Source: a virus
DNA: 64,000 nt
Virus record (IMG/VR): IMGVR_UViG_3300046168_000058
Span: 4,375-68,374 of that record
Strand: one strand, 5' to 3'
Below the pieces are notes generated by a model. It had not been told where the DNA came from and did not search any database. It saw nothing but the letters and a program-made list of their open reading frames with translations. How positions within the stretch are numbered: position 1 is the stretch's first letter; each line of letters opens with the position of its first letter. Shown piece by piece: positions 50,281 to 58,076 of the stretch. The translations under genes and the position numbers were made by a program.

Positions 50281-50290
50281 GTAGTGTGTA

Positions 50291-50857
50291 TTAGTTTGAG
50301 GTTGAGAACTTTTGCCAGATTTCAGTATCGAGACTGCTGACAGATTTGTCTTGTTGTGCAGCAAGCCCAATGAACATAGCTTCGAGGCGTTTGTATTCAT
50401 CGAGATCTTGCGGTGTTTGTTCTGGTATTGGATACTTAGGGAACTGTTGCTGTAAGTATCGCAAAATGTGTACATCAAGTACTGCAATGTCTTCGTATGG
50501 ACGGCTATGCAGAACAAAGAAGGATGCAGTTTTGGGACCGATACCTGGTATGTTTTGCATTAGCTCATCGCGATGTACTTTGAAGAACTGACCATACGGT
50601 TTGTATTGACTGATTTTACGCCAACAAGCTGACAGTCTTTTGTACTGACCAATGCGTGCATTCCGAAGTGCAGCAGTGATAGTGCGACCGTCTTTGTTGA
50701 GTAGATCAGATGGTTTGATTGATGTGAATATACTGTTGAATGCAGGTGTAATAGTCTGAGACTTTTTACCTGGAGTTACAGTACACCACAGAAGGAATAG
50801 CAGTAGCTCTTCAAGCGACCGTTTTTCTTTGGTTATGTTGTTGTAGTCGATTTGCAT
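50291..50857 (-). CDS. HhH-GPD DNA glycosylase (Ogg2/8-oxoguanine glycosylase-like)
   Basis: IPGIGPKTASFF..HS....IAVLDVHILRYL...Y..LE..F......LD..IW. Confidence 0.8.
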   Translation of the reverse strand: MQIDYNNITKEKRSLEELLLFLLWCTVTPGKKSQTITPAFNSIFTSIKPSDLLNKDGRTITAALRNARIGQYKRLSACWRKISQYKPYGQFFKVHRDELMQNIPGIGPKTASFFVLHSRPYEDIAVLDVHILRYLQQQFPKYPIPEQTPQDLDEYKRLEAMFIGLAAQQDKSVSSLDTEIWQKFSTSN

Positions 50858-50874
50858 GATGGTGTGTGGTTGGA

Positions 50875-51303
50875 TTAGTTGGCCGCGGGTTTGTATTCGT
50901 TGGCATTAGGACGAGCCATTGCACCGGTCATACCATTGATTAGGAAGAATGCTTGCTGCATACCTTTACCAAGCATTTTGTACTCTGGTGTCTTGATGTA
51001 GAAGTTTTCGCGTAGAATGCGTTCATCAAATTCTGACATGTTATCGAACATGTGTTTCATTTGACTCATGACTACTTCAAGCGTGTGAGACATGATCTTG
51101 GATTGGAACTCAATGGTCTGTTGTTTGTACGCATTGAATTCGTCTACACCTACGCGTTCCCATAGTGGTTTATGGTTTAGTTCATTGAGTGTGAGCCGTT
51201 GCTCTTTCGTTAGCGGTTTTGGCACGATTAAATCTACTTCGTTATATATTTGTAGTAGGTTGCCTAGTTGTTGCTCTGATGTGATAGTGATTTGTTCGTT
51301 CAT
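50875..51303 (-). CDS. hypothetical early protein (first gene of island operon)
   Basis: 142-aa ORF downstream of conserved element copy 2. Confidence 0.65.
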   Translation of the reverse strand: MNEQITITSEQQLGNLLQIYNEVDLIVPKPLTKEQRLTLNELNHKPLWERVGVDEFNAYKQQTIEFQSKIMSHTLEVVMSQMKHMFDNMSEFDERILRENFYIKTPEYKMLGKGMQQAFFLINGMTGAMARPNANEYKPAAN

Positions 51304-51363
51304 AGCTGTATGTAGTTGTTAGTGATTTGTAGTATGTAACAGGGATATATTTACACCTATTAC

Positions 51364-51423
51364 ACCTGATGGAATGGGGAAAAAATATAGAGCAACTAAC
51401 CTTTAATGATAGTAGCTAGCGGA
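51364..51423 (-). promoter_or_regulatory. copy 2 of ~60-bp conserved element
   Basis: Direct repeat of 43677-43737, two conserved blocks. Confidence 0.65.
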
Positions 51424-51432
51424 TGATCCGTA

Positions 51433-51462
51433 TTGACAAAGGCTAAGCCTTTAAGTAAAAGT
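51433..51462 (+). promoter_or_regulatory. sigma-70-like promoter for the candidate sRNA
   Basis: TTGACA at 51433-51438, 17-nt spacer, TAAAAG(T); the -10 is imperfect. Confidence 0.55.
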
Positions 51463-51467
51463 CTAAA

Positions 51468-51542
51468 TATTAGTTGATAATCTCATATGGTGTGTGGTTA
51501 TTTTCTATTTTAGGACTGTGTTAGCGCACAGTCCTTTTTTTT
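51468..51542 (+). ncRNA. candidate trans-acting antisense sRNA (~75 nt)
   Basis: Promoter upstream, terminator at the 3' end, no ORF; complementary to several gene leaders (see findings). Confidence 0.6.
51512..51542 (+). terminator. intrinsic terminator
   Basis: AGGACTGTG-TTAGCG-CACAGTCCT followed by a T run. Confidence 0.85.
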
Positions 51543-51611
51543 GTGAACGAGTGACAACCAATGTAATACATCTGATTGCAGGTCAACTACGATTGCCAGA
51601 TACTTATTTAC

Positions 51612-51854
51612 GTGAGTAAACCAAGAAACTACAAAAACGAATATAAGTCATACCACAAGAAACCTGTTCAAAAGAAAAGAAGGGCTCAACGAAATGCTGC
51701 CCGGAGAAAGATGACAAAGGCAGGTTTAGTTCGGAAAGGTGACGGCAAGGATGTCGATCACAAGAACCGAAATACAGCCGACAATAGAAGGAAAAACCTT
51801 AGGGTTGTCTCAAAGTCCAAAAATCGTAGCTTTTCCCGCAAAAAGAAAAGGTGA
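51612..51854 (+). CDS. small HNH-family protein
   Basis: RNYK.EY...RRAQRNAARR...GDGKDVDH...N...NLRV.S...NRS; GTG start at 51612. Confidence 0.8.
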   Translation: MSKPRNYKNEYKSYHKKPVQKKRRAQRNAARRKMTKAGLVRKGDGKDVDHKNRNTADNRRKNLRVVSKSKNRSFSRKKKR

Positions 51855-51983
51855 AACACACCCATATCTTGCTCGATGCGGATGATGGGCTAATAATTTC
51901 GGTCGAATCCGAAGATGAAAATCTCGACTGGAGTCCTATTTTGGTATATTTATCACAAAATGATGAATAATAATAACATTCTC

Positions 51984-52176
51984 ATGGTTATATGGTTTAT
52001 GGTTGCTAACCCATATCCTGGGGAACGCACTCTGGGGGGTACAGGGCGTAGCCCCTATATAATATACTTAATATCTATACTTTTAATAAATAAAACCATA
52101 AACCATATAGAGTCTCAGCTCCCCTTGATAATCAAGGACTTCTGAAATAGGGTTGATCTCCTGGTTTTATGGTTTC
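51984..52176. repeat. ori-like region: 16-bp perfect inverted repeat with ATGGTT iterons around an AT-rich core
   Basis: TATATGGTTTATGGTT (51989-52004) / AACCATAAACCATATA (52094-52109). Confidence 0.6.
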
Positions 52177-52179
52177 TCC

Positions 52180-52443
52180 TTAAGCTCCTCTGAGCCTACG
52201 GAGTTCGGCCTCCAGCTTAGCAGCTTTGAGCTCACGCTCCATTTGCTTATCGGCAAACTCCTCGATTTTTCCGACTAAAGCTGTACGAATCACATCAGAA
52301 ATTGACGAATTCTCTACTTTAGCTACTTCGCAAAGCTGCTCGTACATGGTTTTTGGGAGACGAACTGCGCATGTGATATCTTTGTGTTCACGATTCAGTG
52401 CAAGATTCTTCCTAGGTAGTTTAAGAGGTTTCTTTTTACTCAT
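52180..52443 (-). CDS. ribbon-helix-helix transcriptional regulator with C-terminal coiled coil
   Basis: TCAVRLPKTMYEQLCEVAKVENSSISDVIRTAL; start at MSKKKP. Confidence 0.75.
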   Translation of the reverse strand: MSKKKPLKLPRKNLALNREHKDITCAVRLPKTMYEQLCEVAKVENSSISDVIRTALVGKIEEFADKQMERELKAAKLEAELRRLRGA

Positions 52444-52595
52444 TTTGACTTTTATTTTAGGGTGAGTTTGTTCAGCCCATGTATAACACTTTATATACAT
52501 TTGCAAGCTTTTTTCTAACTATTTTTTCACAGCTTGACCGTAAAACTTTCTTCCAATCCCTTGCATACCGGTGCTAGATAATGTAGAACATTGTT

Positions 52596-52760
52596 ATGCG
52601 TAAGAATACACAGATCAACATAAGGCTCGACGATGACCTTCTGTCTACCCTGAAGGCTCAGGCCTTAGAGGAAGTGACAACGACCTCTCAGCTAGTCCGT
52701 AAGGCGGTTACAATGTACCTTAAGAAATTCGCGGATGCCTCAGGGAATAATAGCCTTTGA
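52596..52760 (+). CDS. ribbon-helix-helix (Arc/CopG-like) regulator, 54 aa
   Basis: Not in ORF track; MRKNTQINIRLDDDLLSTLKAQALEEVTTTSQLVRKAVTMYL. Confidence 0.8.
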   Translation: MRKNTQINIRLDDDLLSTLKAQALEEVTTTSQLVRKAVTMYLKKFADASGNNSL

Positions 52761-53181
52761 TCCAGGTAAAGGTGGCGGAGCCTGCATCCTCCGACCAGAT
52801 GCTAAGACCATCAGCCTAAAGCCTTGGACCGTAGACCATGAGCATATAGATATGCTCCGTAGCCTTGATCCTGAGGATTACGAGGCAGTGGTTGAAGATG
52901 TACCCGCATTCGTTAGTGCAATGACATCGAATGCGAGCTCTTTTAAGTTAGGCCAAAATTTTGGTGTCATTACCGGAAGCCTTCGGGCATTAAAGTTTCC
53001 GCTCCACCTGGTGAAGCCTCAGATTTGGCAGAAGGGATTGGTGGGGTTGAAGCCTAAGATGGGATACACAGCCCGGAAGCGACAGCTTAAGGACAATGCC
53101 ATTCGGCTGTACCCTGATCTAAAGATCACGAATGCGACTGCGGATGCTGTCCTGATCATGAACTACTATAAAAACCTTTGA
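52735..53181 (+). CDS. RuvC-like Holliday junction resolvase
   Basis: IIAFDPG..GG, AVVEDV, FKLG.NFG, V.PQ.WQK, ADAVLI. Confidence 0.8.
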   Translation: MPQGIIAFDPGKGGGACILRPDAKTISLKPWTVDHEHIDMLRSLDPEDYEAVVEDVPAFVSAMTSNASSFKLGQNFGVITGSLRALKFPLHLVKPQIWQKGLVGLKPKMGYTARKRQLKDNAIRLYPDLKITNATADAVLIMNYYKNL

Positions 53182-53251
53182 TGATAGAGCTATTCGTATG
53201 GCTCTTCGTAATTACTATAATAGCAATGGCGTTGGAGACGCTTCTAAATAG

Positions 53252-53494
53252 ATGATGAAAGTACAGGTATATAATGATGAGGGGCATGAGGTAATCGGCA
53301 CCATAGATGTAGTGAAGATTGAGCATGATGACGGAGCCGATCGCCCCTACCATTTGGAATTAGTCATCGAGGATTCGCTCCTTGATGAGATCGTAAAGTT
53401 CGGATCAGAGGTTTTTGGGCAGCTTGATCTTTTGCAGGCGGGGCTCAGAGGAGCTTTGTTAGAGCGGCTTGCGAGGGAAAAAGAAGAAAATTAA
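53252..53494 (+). CDS. hypothetical protein
   Basis: 80-aa ORF. Confidence 0.55.
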   Translation: MMKVQVYNDEGHEVIGTIDVVKIEHDDGADRPYHLELVIEDSLLDEIVKFGSEVFGQLDLLQAGLRGALLERLAREKEEN

Positions 53495-53640
53495 AACTTT
53501 TTTCGAAAAATGTTTGACGAGTGTATAACATTGTGATTCATTGAAGACTTAGTTTCATTTAATCATCCCTCCTTCCGGTGCGCTAACACTAGGGGGAGGG
53601 ATTTAAAAACCACACACCAAACCACACACCACTAGAGATT

Positions 53641-53919
53641 ATGAAAGATAAATTAAATCCTGATGCCGAGGCCGCGCTTCGGAAATTATTATTAGAGATC
53701 TGGAGCTTTCAGACTAAATTCGAGGAGGCTGACATTCCCGAGTCTGATTGGGATATGCCGTTGGATGATTCCGAGCCGACTAAAAACCAAGAGCTCTGCG
53801 ATTTTCATGTAGCGCTGGACGGCGAGGCGTACAGAGCGCTCCAGCTTCTTGGCTTTGACAGCTATGAAGAGCTTGAGGAATCCGTATGGGCTAAGAAACC
53901 TGAGGAGGCCGCGGTATGA
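53641..53919 (+). CDS. acidic hypothetical protein
   Basis: First gene after a promoter, hairpin and tandem AACCACACACCA leader. Confidence 0.65.
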   Translation: MKDKLNPDAEAALRKLLLEIWSFQTKFEEADIPESDWDMPLDDSEPTKNQELCDFHVALDGEAYRALQLLGFDSYEELEESVWAKKPEEAAV

Positions 53920-54104
53920 AAGAAAGTCAAATTATTGAACAGCTAAAGGATCGGGTAATCCATTTGGAGAGTACCGTCAAGGTCCTGCGTGGATTGATCG
54001 GTAGGCTCGACAGCCGTCTCGATCATACGGACGAGAAGCTTAAATACCAGAGACCACAAACAACTGCGGATTCGAATGAGGACCGCGTAACCCGATTCAT
54101 CTGA
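53916..54104 (+). CDS. small coiled-coil protein
   Basis: ATGA coupling with the upstream gene. Confidence 0.55.
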   Translation: MKESQIIEQLKDRVIHLESTVKVLRGLIGRLDSRLDHTDEKLKYQRPQTTADSNEDRVTRFI

Positions 54105-54598
54105 TGTACAACATGACAAAAGAGGAGTGGGCTGAAGTTCAGCTTGAGGAGACCTTTAAATCTCAAGTCGAAGAACAGCTTGGTGATCCTGATGGTTTCC
54201 GCGAATGGGAAGAAGGTAGCTTCTGCCGTCACGGAGTAACAGGAGGTGCTTTTAAAACCCGGGTTTATGAGCTTGCTGTTGAGGTTGCACGAGATGTTTT
54301 CAAATTGCTCTATGCGCCCAACAATGCCCGGCACCTGCTCAAGGAGTACGGGGATGTTCTCAGTCAGATTCAGCGCAATTCGACTTCGATTGCAGCTAAT
54401 ATAGCTGAGGGTGTCGGACGGAACACGCCCAAGCAAAAGATTCAGTTTCTTAGTTATGCGAGAGGTTCATTCTTTGAGCTACTGGCATTCTTTGACTGCT
54501 TACCAATACCTTTAACAGACAAACAAAAACAAAATCACAAGGAGCTGTACCGTTTAATCGAAGACGAGTACTGGGATGCTGTGCGTGATATAAGATAG
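54104..54598 (+). CDS. four-helix-bundle protein (23S rRNA IVP/Avd-like family)
   Basis: QIQRNSTSIAANIAEGVGR.T.K..IQFLSYARGS..EL. Confidence 0.85.
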   Translation: MYNMTKEEWAEVQLEETFKSQVEEQLGDPDGFREWEEGSFCRHGVTGGAFKTRVYELAVEVARDVFKLLYAPNNARHLLKEYGDVLSQIQRNSTSIAANIAEGVGRNTPKQKIQFLSYARGSFFELLAFFDCLPIPLTDKQKQNHKELYRLIEDEYWDAVRDIR

Positions 54599-54611
54599 GA
54601 GGATACCAACA

Positions 54612-54911
54612 ATGGATATTAATAAAAAGTACGAACAGTTACTTACTAACCTTGAGCTTTGGGCTGAAACCCTTGCGACCCGTGGCCCAAAGGCTGTGGA
54701 CGATGTCATGGGGGAGATGTACGATGAGGTAAAGGTTTACGCCGATGAGCTTGAGCCAAGACTCCCTGCCCTATCGCTTAAGGAGAAACTGCTTCAGGTC
54801 AGAAAGCAATTAACTAAAGAGCTTGGCGAGGAGCCGACAGATGAAGTCCTTGCGAGTGAGATGAATTTACCCGGCGGTGTCAGCACCGTCAGAACTGTTT
54901 TATCATTGTGA
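54612..54911 (+). CDS. protein with sigma-70 region 3-like domain
   Basis: LTKELGEEPTDEVLASEMNL resembles the L.QELGREPT.EELA..M consensus. Confidence 0.65.
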   Translation: MDINKKYEQLLTNLELWAETLATRGPKAVDDVMGEMYDEVKVYADELEPRLPALSLKEKLLQVRKQLTKELGEEPTDEVLASEMNLPGGVSTVRTVLSL

Positions 54912-55195
54912 TGGCTGTAGAGATGGATCCGGTGATGGAAGTCACTGAAGAGGCGAAGCTTTTTCACGATGGCTTAGAGATTTTGCTCAAGGAGATGCGG
55001 GGAAGGGTCTCGCAAGATATTGTTATAGACAGTTTAATATCTGCGGGGTTGGATCAATTGCATCATAGTGCATTGCATGACTGTGCTGACGATCGCCGTT
55101 TGGCGGGTGAGCTTGTCCGCGAGCATATGATTTTAGTGCTAGATAGATTGGTTGAGGAGGTATGGGTCAACGATGCGGAACGCGACTCTAGCTAG
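54908..55195 (+). CDS. hypothetical protein
   Basis: 95-aa coupled ORF. Confidence 0.55.
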   Translation: MMAVEMDPVMEVTEEAKLFHDGLEILLKEMRGRVSQDIVIDSLISAGLDQLHHSALHDCADDRRLAGELVREHMILVLDRLVEEVWVNDAERDSS

Positions 55196-55523
55196 CTTTA
55201 TATTAGTTATGACCGTTGTGTCATTTCTGGTGTTGTGTGCGTGCAGCAAGCCCCCGGTTGAAGGGGGCACTGCACGGTACAACAAAATGTATCATTATCA
55301 AAATATGGAGGACTGCCCCTATGACGCAGAAGATTGGCAACATAATAGAACAAATGCAAACGACAATGGATGGGATGCTAGAGAGGCTAGCAAAGTTAGA
55401 AGGGGCTTTAGTAGCCCTAAAACAATCGAGGAAGCCCTCGGTTTACATAGACGAGCAAACAGCCCTGCTGAGCTCGGAGGACGCGGACATTCGCTTTATA
55501 GCCAGGAAGGTGGCGGAAAATGA
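55173..55523 (+). CDS. putative lipoprotein
   Basis: MRNATLASFILVMTVVSFLVLCAC signal and lipobox-like sequence; stop overlaps the next ATG. Confidence 0.45.
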   Translation: MRNATLASFILVMTVVSFLVLCACSKPPVEGGTARYNKMYHYQNMEDCPYDAEDWQHNRTNANDNGWDAREASKVRRGFSSPKTIEEALGLHRRANSPAELGGRGHSLYSQEGGGK

Positions 55524-55768
55524 ATTGTCCAAAATGCGAGAGCAAGACCGAGGTATTGGAAACACGGAAGACGGTGTATTATGACGCGGTCAAAAGAAGA
55601 CGCGAATGCCCTAGTTGCGGACACCGCTTCACAACGAAAGAGTGCTCGCAGGAAAAATTCAAAGAGCTCCTCTTCGTCAAAGAAGAGCTCCTCGAAGCGC
55701 GTGCCAAAATCCGAGGACTCGAAAGCTTTAAGCGAAAAATACTTGGAACCGCCCTTACCGTTTCCTAA
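55520..55768 (+). CDS. NrdR-N-like zinc-ribbon protein
   Basis: MNCPKC....VLETR......RRRECPSCGHRFTT.E. Confidence 0.8.
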   Translation: MNCPKCESKTEVLETRKTVYYDAVKRRRECPSCGHRFTTKECSQEKFKELLFVKEELLEARAKIRGLESFKRKILGTALTVS

Positions 55769-56075
55769 CAACACGAAGGAAGATCAGACCAATGCCGATG
55801 TACGTTTATCTGAGTTTATGCGTGGTGAGCGTACTGTGCTGTTTAATGGCGAAGAGCATGTCTATGATTCGGAAGGTATGCGGACTTATACGCTTGAGGA
55901 GGTTGGCACCATTATGGGAGTCACTCGGGAGCGTGTCCGTCAGATTGAGGAAACAGGTATACGGAAAATGTGGCGTGCTTTTGACATCATGTGCAAGCGC
56001 GAGGGAGTCACTAAAGAAGAATTTATGGGGATGTTATTAGGTGGAAACGATGAAGCAACAGTCTACATGCCCTAA
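55581..56075 (+). CDS. stand-alone sigma-70 region 4 HTH protein (true start probably 55743-55818)
   Basis: YTLEEVGTIMGVTRERVRQIEETGIRKM. Confidence 0.8.
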   Translation: MTRSKEDANALVADTASQRKSARRKNSKSSSSSKKSSSKRVPKSEDSKALSEKYLEPPLPFPNNTKEDQTNADVRLSEFMRGERTVLFNGEEHVYDSEGMRTYTLEEVGTIMGVTRERVRQIEETGIRKMWRAFDIMCKREGVTKEEFMGMLLGGNDEATVYMP

Positions 56076-57369
56076 GCTATTTGATTGGCAGGAGGCTCAT
56101 GCGAGGAGACTCTCGGATGCGCTTACTGTATTTGGATATGCGAAGGATGGCTCGGATACGGGCACCGGTAAAACGGTTGTCGCTCTGTCTGTGGCCAAAG
56201 ACCTGGGACTTACACCCTTTGTCGTTTGCCCTAAGTCCGTTGTCCCATCGTGGAAAGAGTGGATACAGAAATTTTACCCATCCTCCACTAACTATGTCTT
56301 GAACTACGAAAGTCTGGTTCGTGGCAAGACAGAGTACTACAAGCGCAAGGGGTCGCAGAGATTATGGACTCTGCACCCCGAGCGTGTACTTTTAATTTTT
56401 GACGAAGATCATCGGTGCAAGGGCGCGAAGAGCGAAAACGCAAAGATGATGATCGCGGCTAAGAGCAGAGGCTTAATCACCCTGTCTTTAGGTGCGACCA
56501 GTTGCAACTCCCCTATCGAAATGCGTGCTCTAGGTTATCTGTTAGAGATGCATGATGATAGAGGTTGGTGGAATTGGTGTCTCAAAAACGGGTGTAAGCG
56601 TGGAACCTTTGGCGGATTGACTTTCACGGGGAATAAGTCGGCCTTGAAAAGGATTCACGATCACATCTACAAAGAAGGACGGGGGAGCAGATTAAAGATC
56701 ACCGATCTGCCCCCCGGCTCCTTCCCTGATGGGGTTGTTATCCCTGAGGGCTACGATGTCGGATCGACAAACGAGATTGAGAAAATTTATCACGATCTAT
56801 GGGTTAAGCTTGAGGAGATTGAACATAAGAAATCAGATAATGATAACCCTCTAACTCTTCAGCTTCGGGCTCGGCAGGAGGTGGAGCTATTAAAAGTTCC
56901 TGTCCTTGAAGAGCTCGCCCGTGATGCATTGGAGGCTGATAACTCCGTAGTAATATTTGTAAATTTTAGGGAGACGCTCGAGGCTCTGCTTCGTAGGCTG
57001 TCTGGAACTCATGAAATCAGTGTAATTGAAGGTTCTCAGTCTGGGGTGGCTAGAGACCTTGAAGTTAAAAGATTTCAGAGAGATGAGTCCCGGATATGTC
57101 TGGTCACGACACAAGCGGGAGGCACAGGTTTGAGCCTTCATGATGTCAACGGCAAGCATCCTCGGGTGTCCCTGATTTCACCGAGCTTTAGCGCAATTGA
57201 CCTGAAACAAGCACTTGGACGGATTCACAGGGCGGGAGCCCAGAGCCCTGCCGTCCAAAAAATTATATTCGCGGAGGGGACTGTGGAGATGCGTGTCTGC
57301 CGTCTTGTCCGCAAGAAACTGAACAACATCGATCTTATCAATGATGATGAGATGAATCCATTATTATGA
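56041..57369 (+). CDS. superfamily 2 (SNF2-like) helicase
   Basis: DTGTGKT, DEDH, LGAT, VVIFVNF, AGGTGLSL, QALGRIHR.G. Confidence 0.88.
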   Translation: METMKQQSTCPKLFDWQEAHARRLSDALTVFGYAKDGSDTGTGKTVVALSVAKDLGLTPFVVCPKSVVPSWKEWIQKFYPSSTNYVLNYESLVRGKTEYYKRKGSQRLWTLHPERVLLIFDEDHRCKGAKSENAKMMIAAKSRGLITLSLGATSCNSPIEMRALGYLLEMHDDRGWWNWCLKNGCKRGTFGGLTFTGNKSALKRIHDHIYKEGRGSRLKITDLPPGSFPDGVVIPEGYDVGSTNEIEKIYHDLWVKLEEIEHKKSDNDNPLTLQLRARQEVELLKVPVLEELARDALEADNSVVIFVNFRETLEALLRRLSGTHEISVIEGSQSGVARDLEVKRFQRDESRICLVTTQAGGTGLSLHDVNGKHPRVSLISPSFSAIDLKQALGRIHRAGAQSPAVQKIIFAEGTVEMRVCRLVRKKLNNIDLINDDEMNPLL

Positions 57370-57550
57370 GAAAACTAATACCTTACATCCTACGACCTTT
57401 GATCTTAATCCAAAGACTTTTGACCAAGAAGCGTGAAGAGAAGTTTGAGCCGAAAAGACCTTTTCTTTGATTTTTTACTTTTCTTTTTCGTACGCAAGTG
57501 TTATACATTTGCATAACACCACACACCAACCCACATAACCCAATATTATT

Positions 57551-57853
57551 ATGAGATTAAATCCCGATTTTTTCGAGGATCCTGAAAGCGATCCAGAGAG
57601 CCAACTTGATGACGCAATACAGGAGATTACTAAGTTTTCATCATTACCTGCAGAGACACAATCCGAAATATATCAATACGGTGAGCAAGTTAGCCACATG
57701 ATTGCAACAGCACCCAAGGATGTAGAGGATCCTATGGCATACTACTTAGGGTTTCAAGCTATGCAGATTAATGCTTTACAGAAATCGTTAGTGAAGGCTC
57801 AGAAGATAGCGGTATTGCTAGCAGGAAAAATAGACGATCTTTCTAATGAGTAG
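57551..57853 (+). CDS. hypothetical protein
   Basis: Follows operator and ACCACACACCA leader. Confidence 0.6.
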   Translation: MRLNPDFFEDPESDPESQLDDAIQEITKFSSLPAETQSEIYQYGEQVSHMIATAPKDVEDPMAYYLGFQAMQINALQKSLVKAQKIAVLLAGKIDDLSNE

Positions 57854-58076
57854 CCCGGAAGAGATTAAAGATCTACCAACTATTCGAATCCTCAAGGAGC
57901 GCGAGGTTCCCTATGTCGAATGGGATCTTGAGATGGAGGATGATACCCATGCCATGCTTGTTAAGTGGGGTAAGGAGGGTGCGACCGATGAGGATTTTGT
58001 AAACATAGCAGTCCGCGAAGGATTAAAAGCCTTTGTAGAAAGCAAGGAGGAGATTGATGAAGATATCACTGAGTAA
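57846..58076 (+). CDS. hypothetical protein
   Basis: 76-aa coupled ORF. Confidence 0.55.
   Translation: MSSPEEIKDLPTIRILKEREVPYVEWDLEMEDDTHAMLVKWGKEGATDEDFVNIAVREGLKAFVESKEEIDEDITE

Noticed and set aside
54104-54598. Diversity-generating retroelement (Avd-like protein plus Mtd-N domain at 19539..19952)
   Set aside because: No reverse transcriptase and no TR/VR repeat pair with adenine-specific mismatches were seen in the window; both domains are common on their own.
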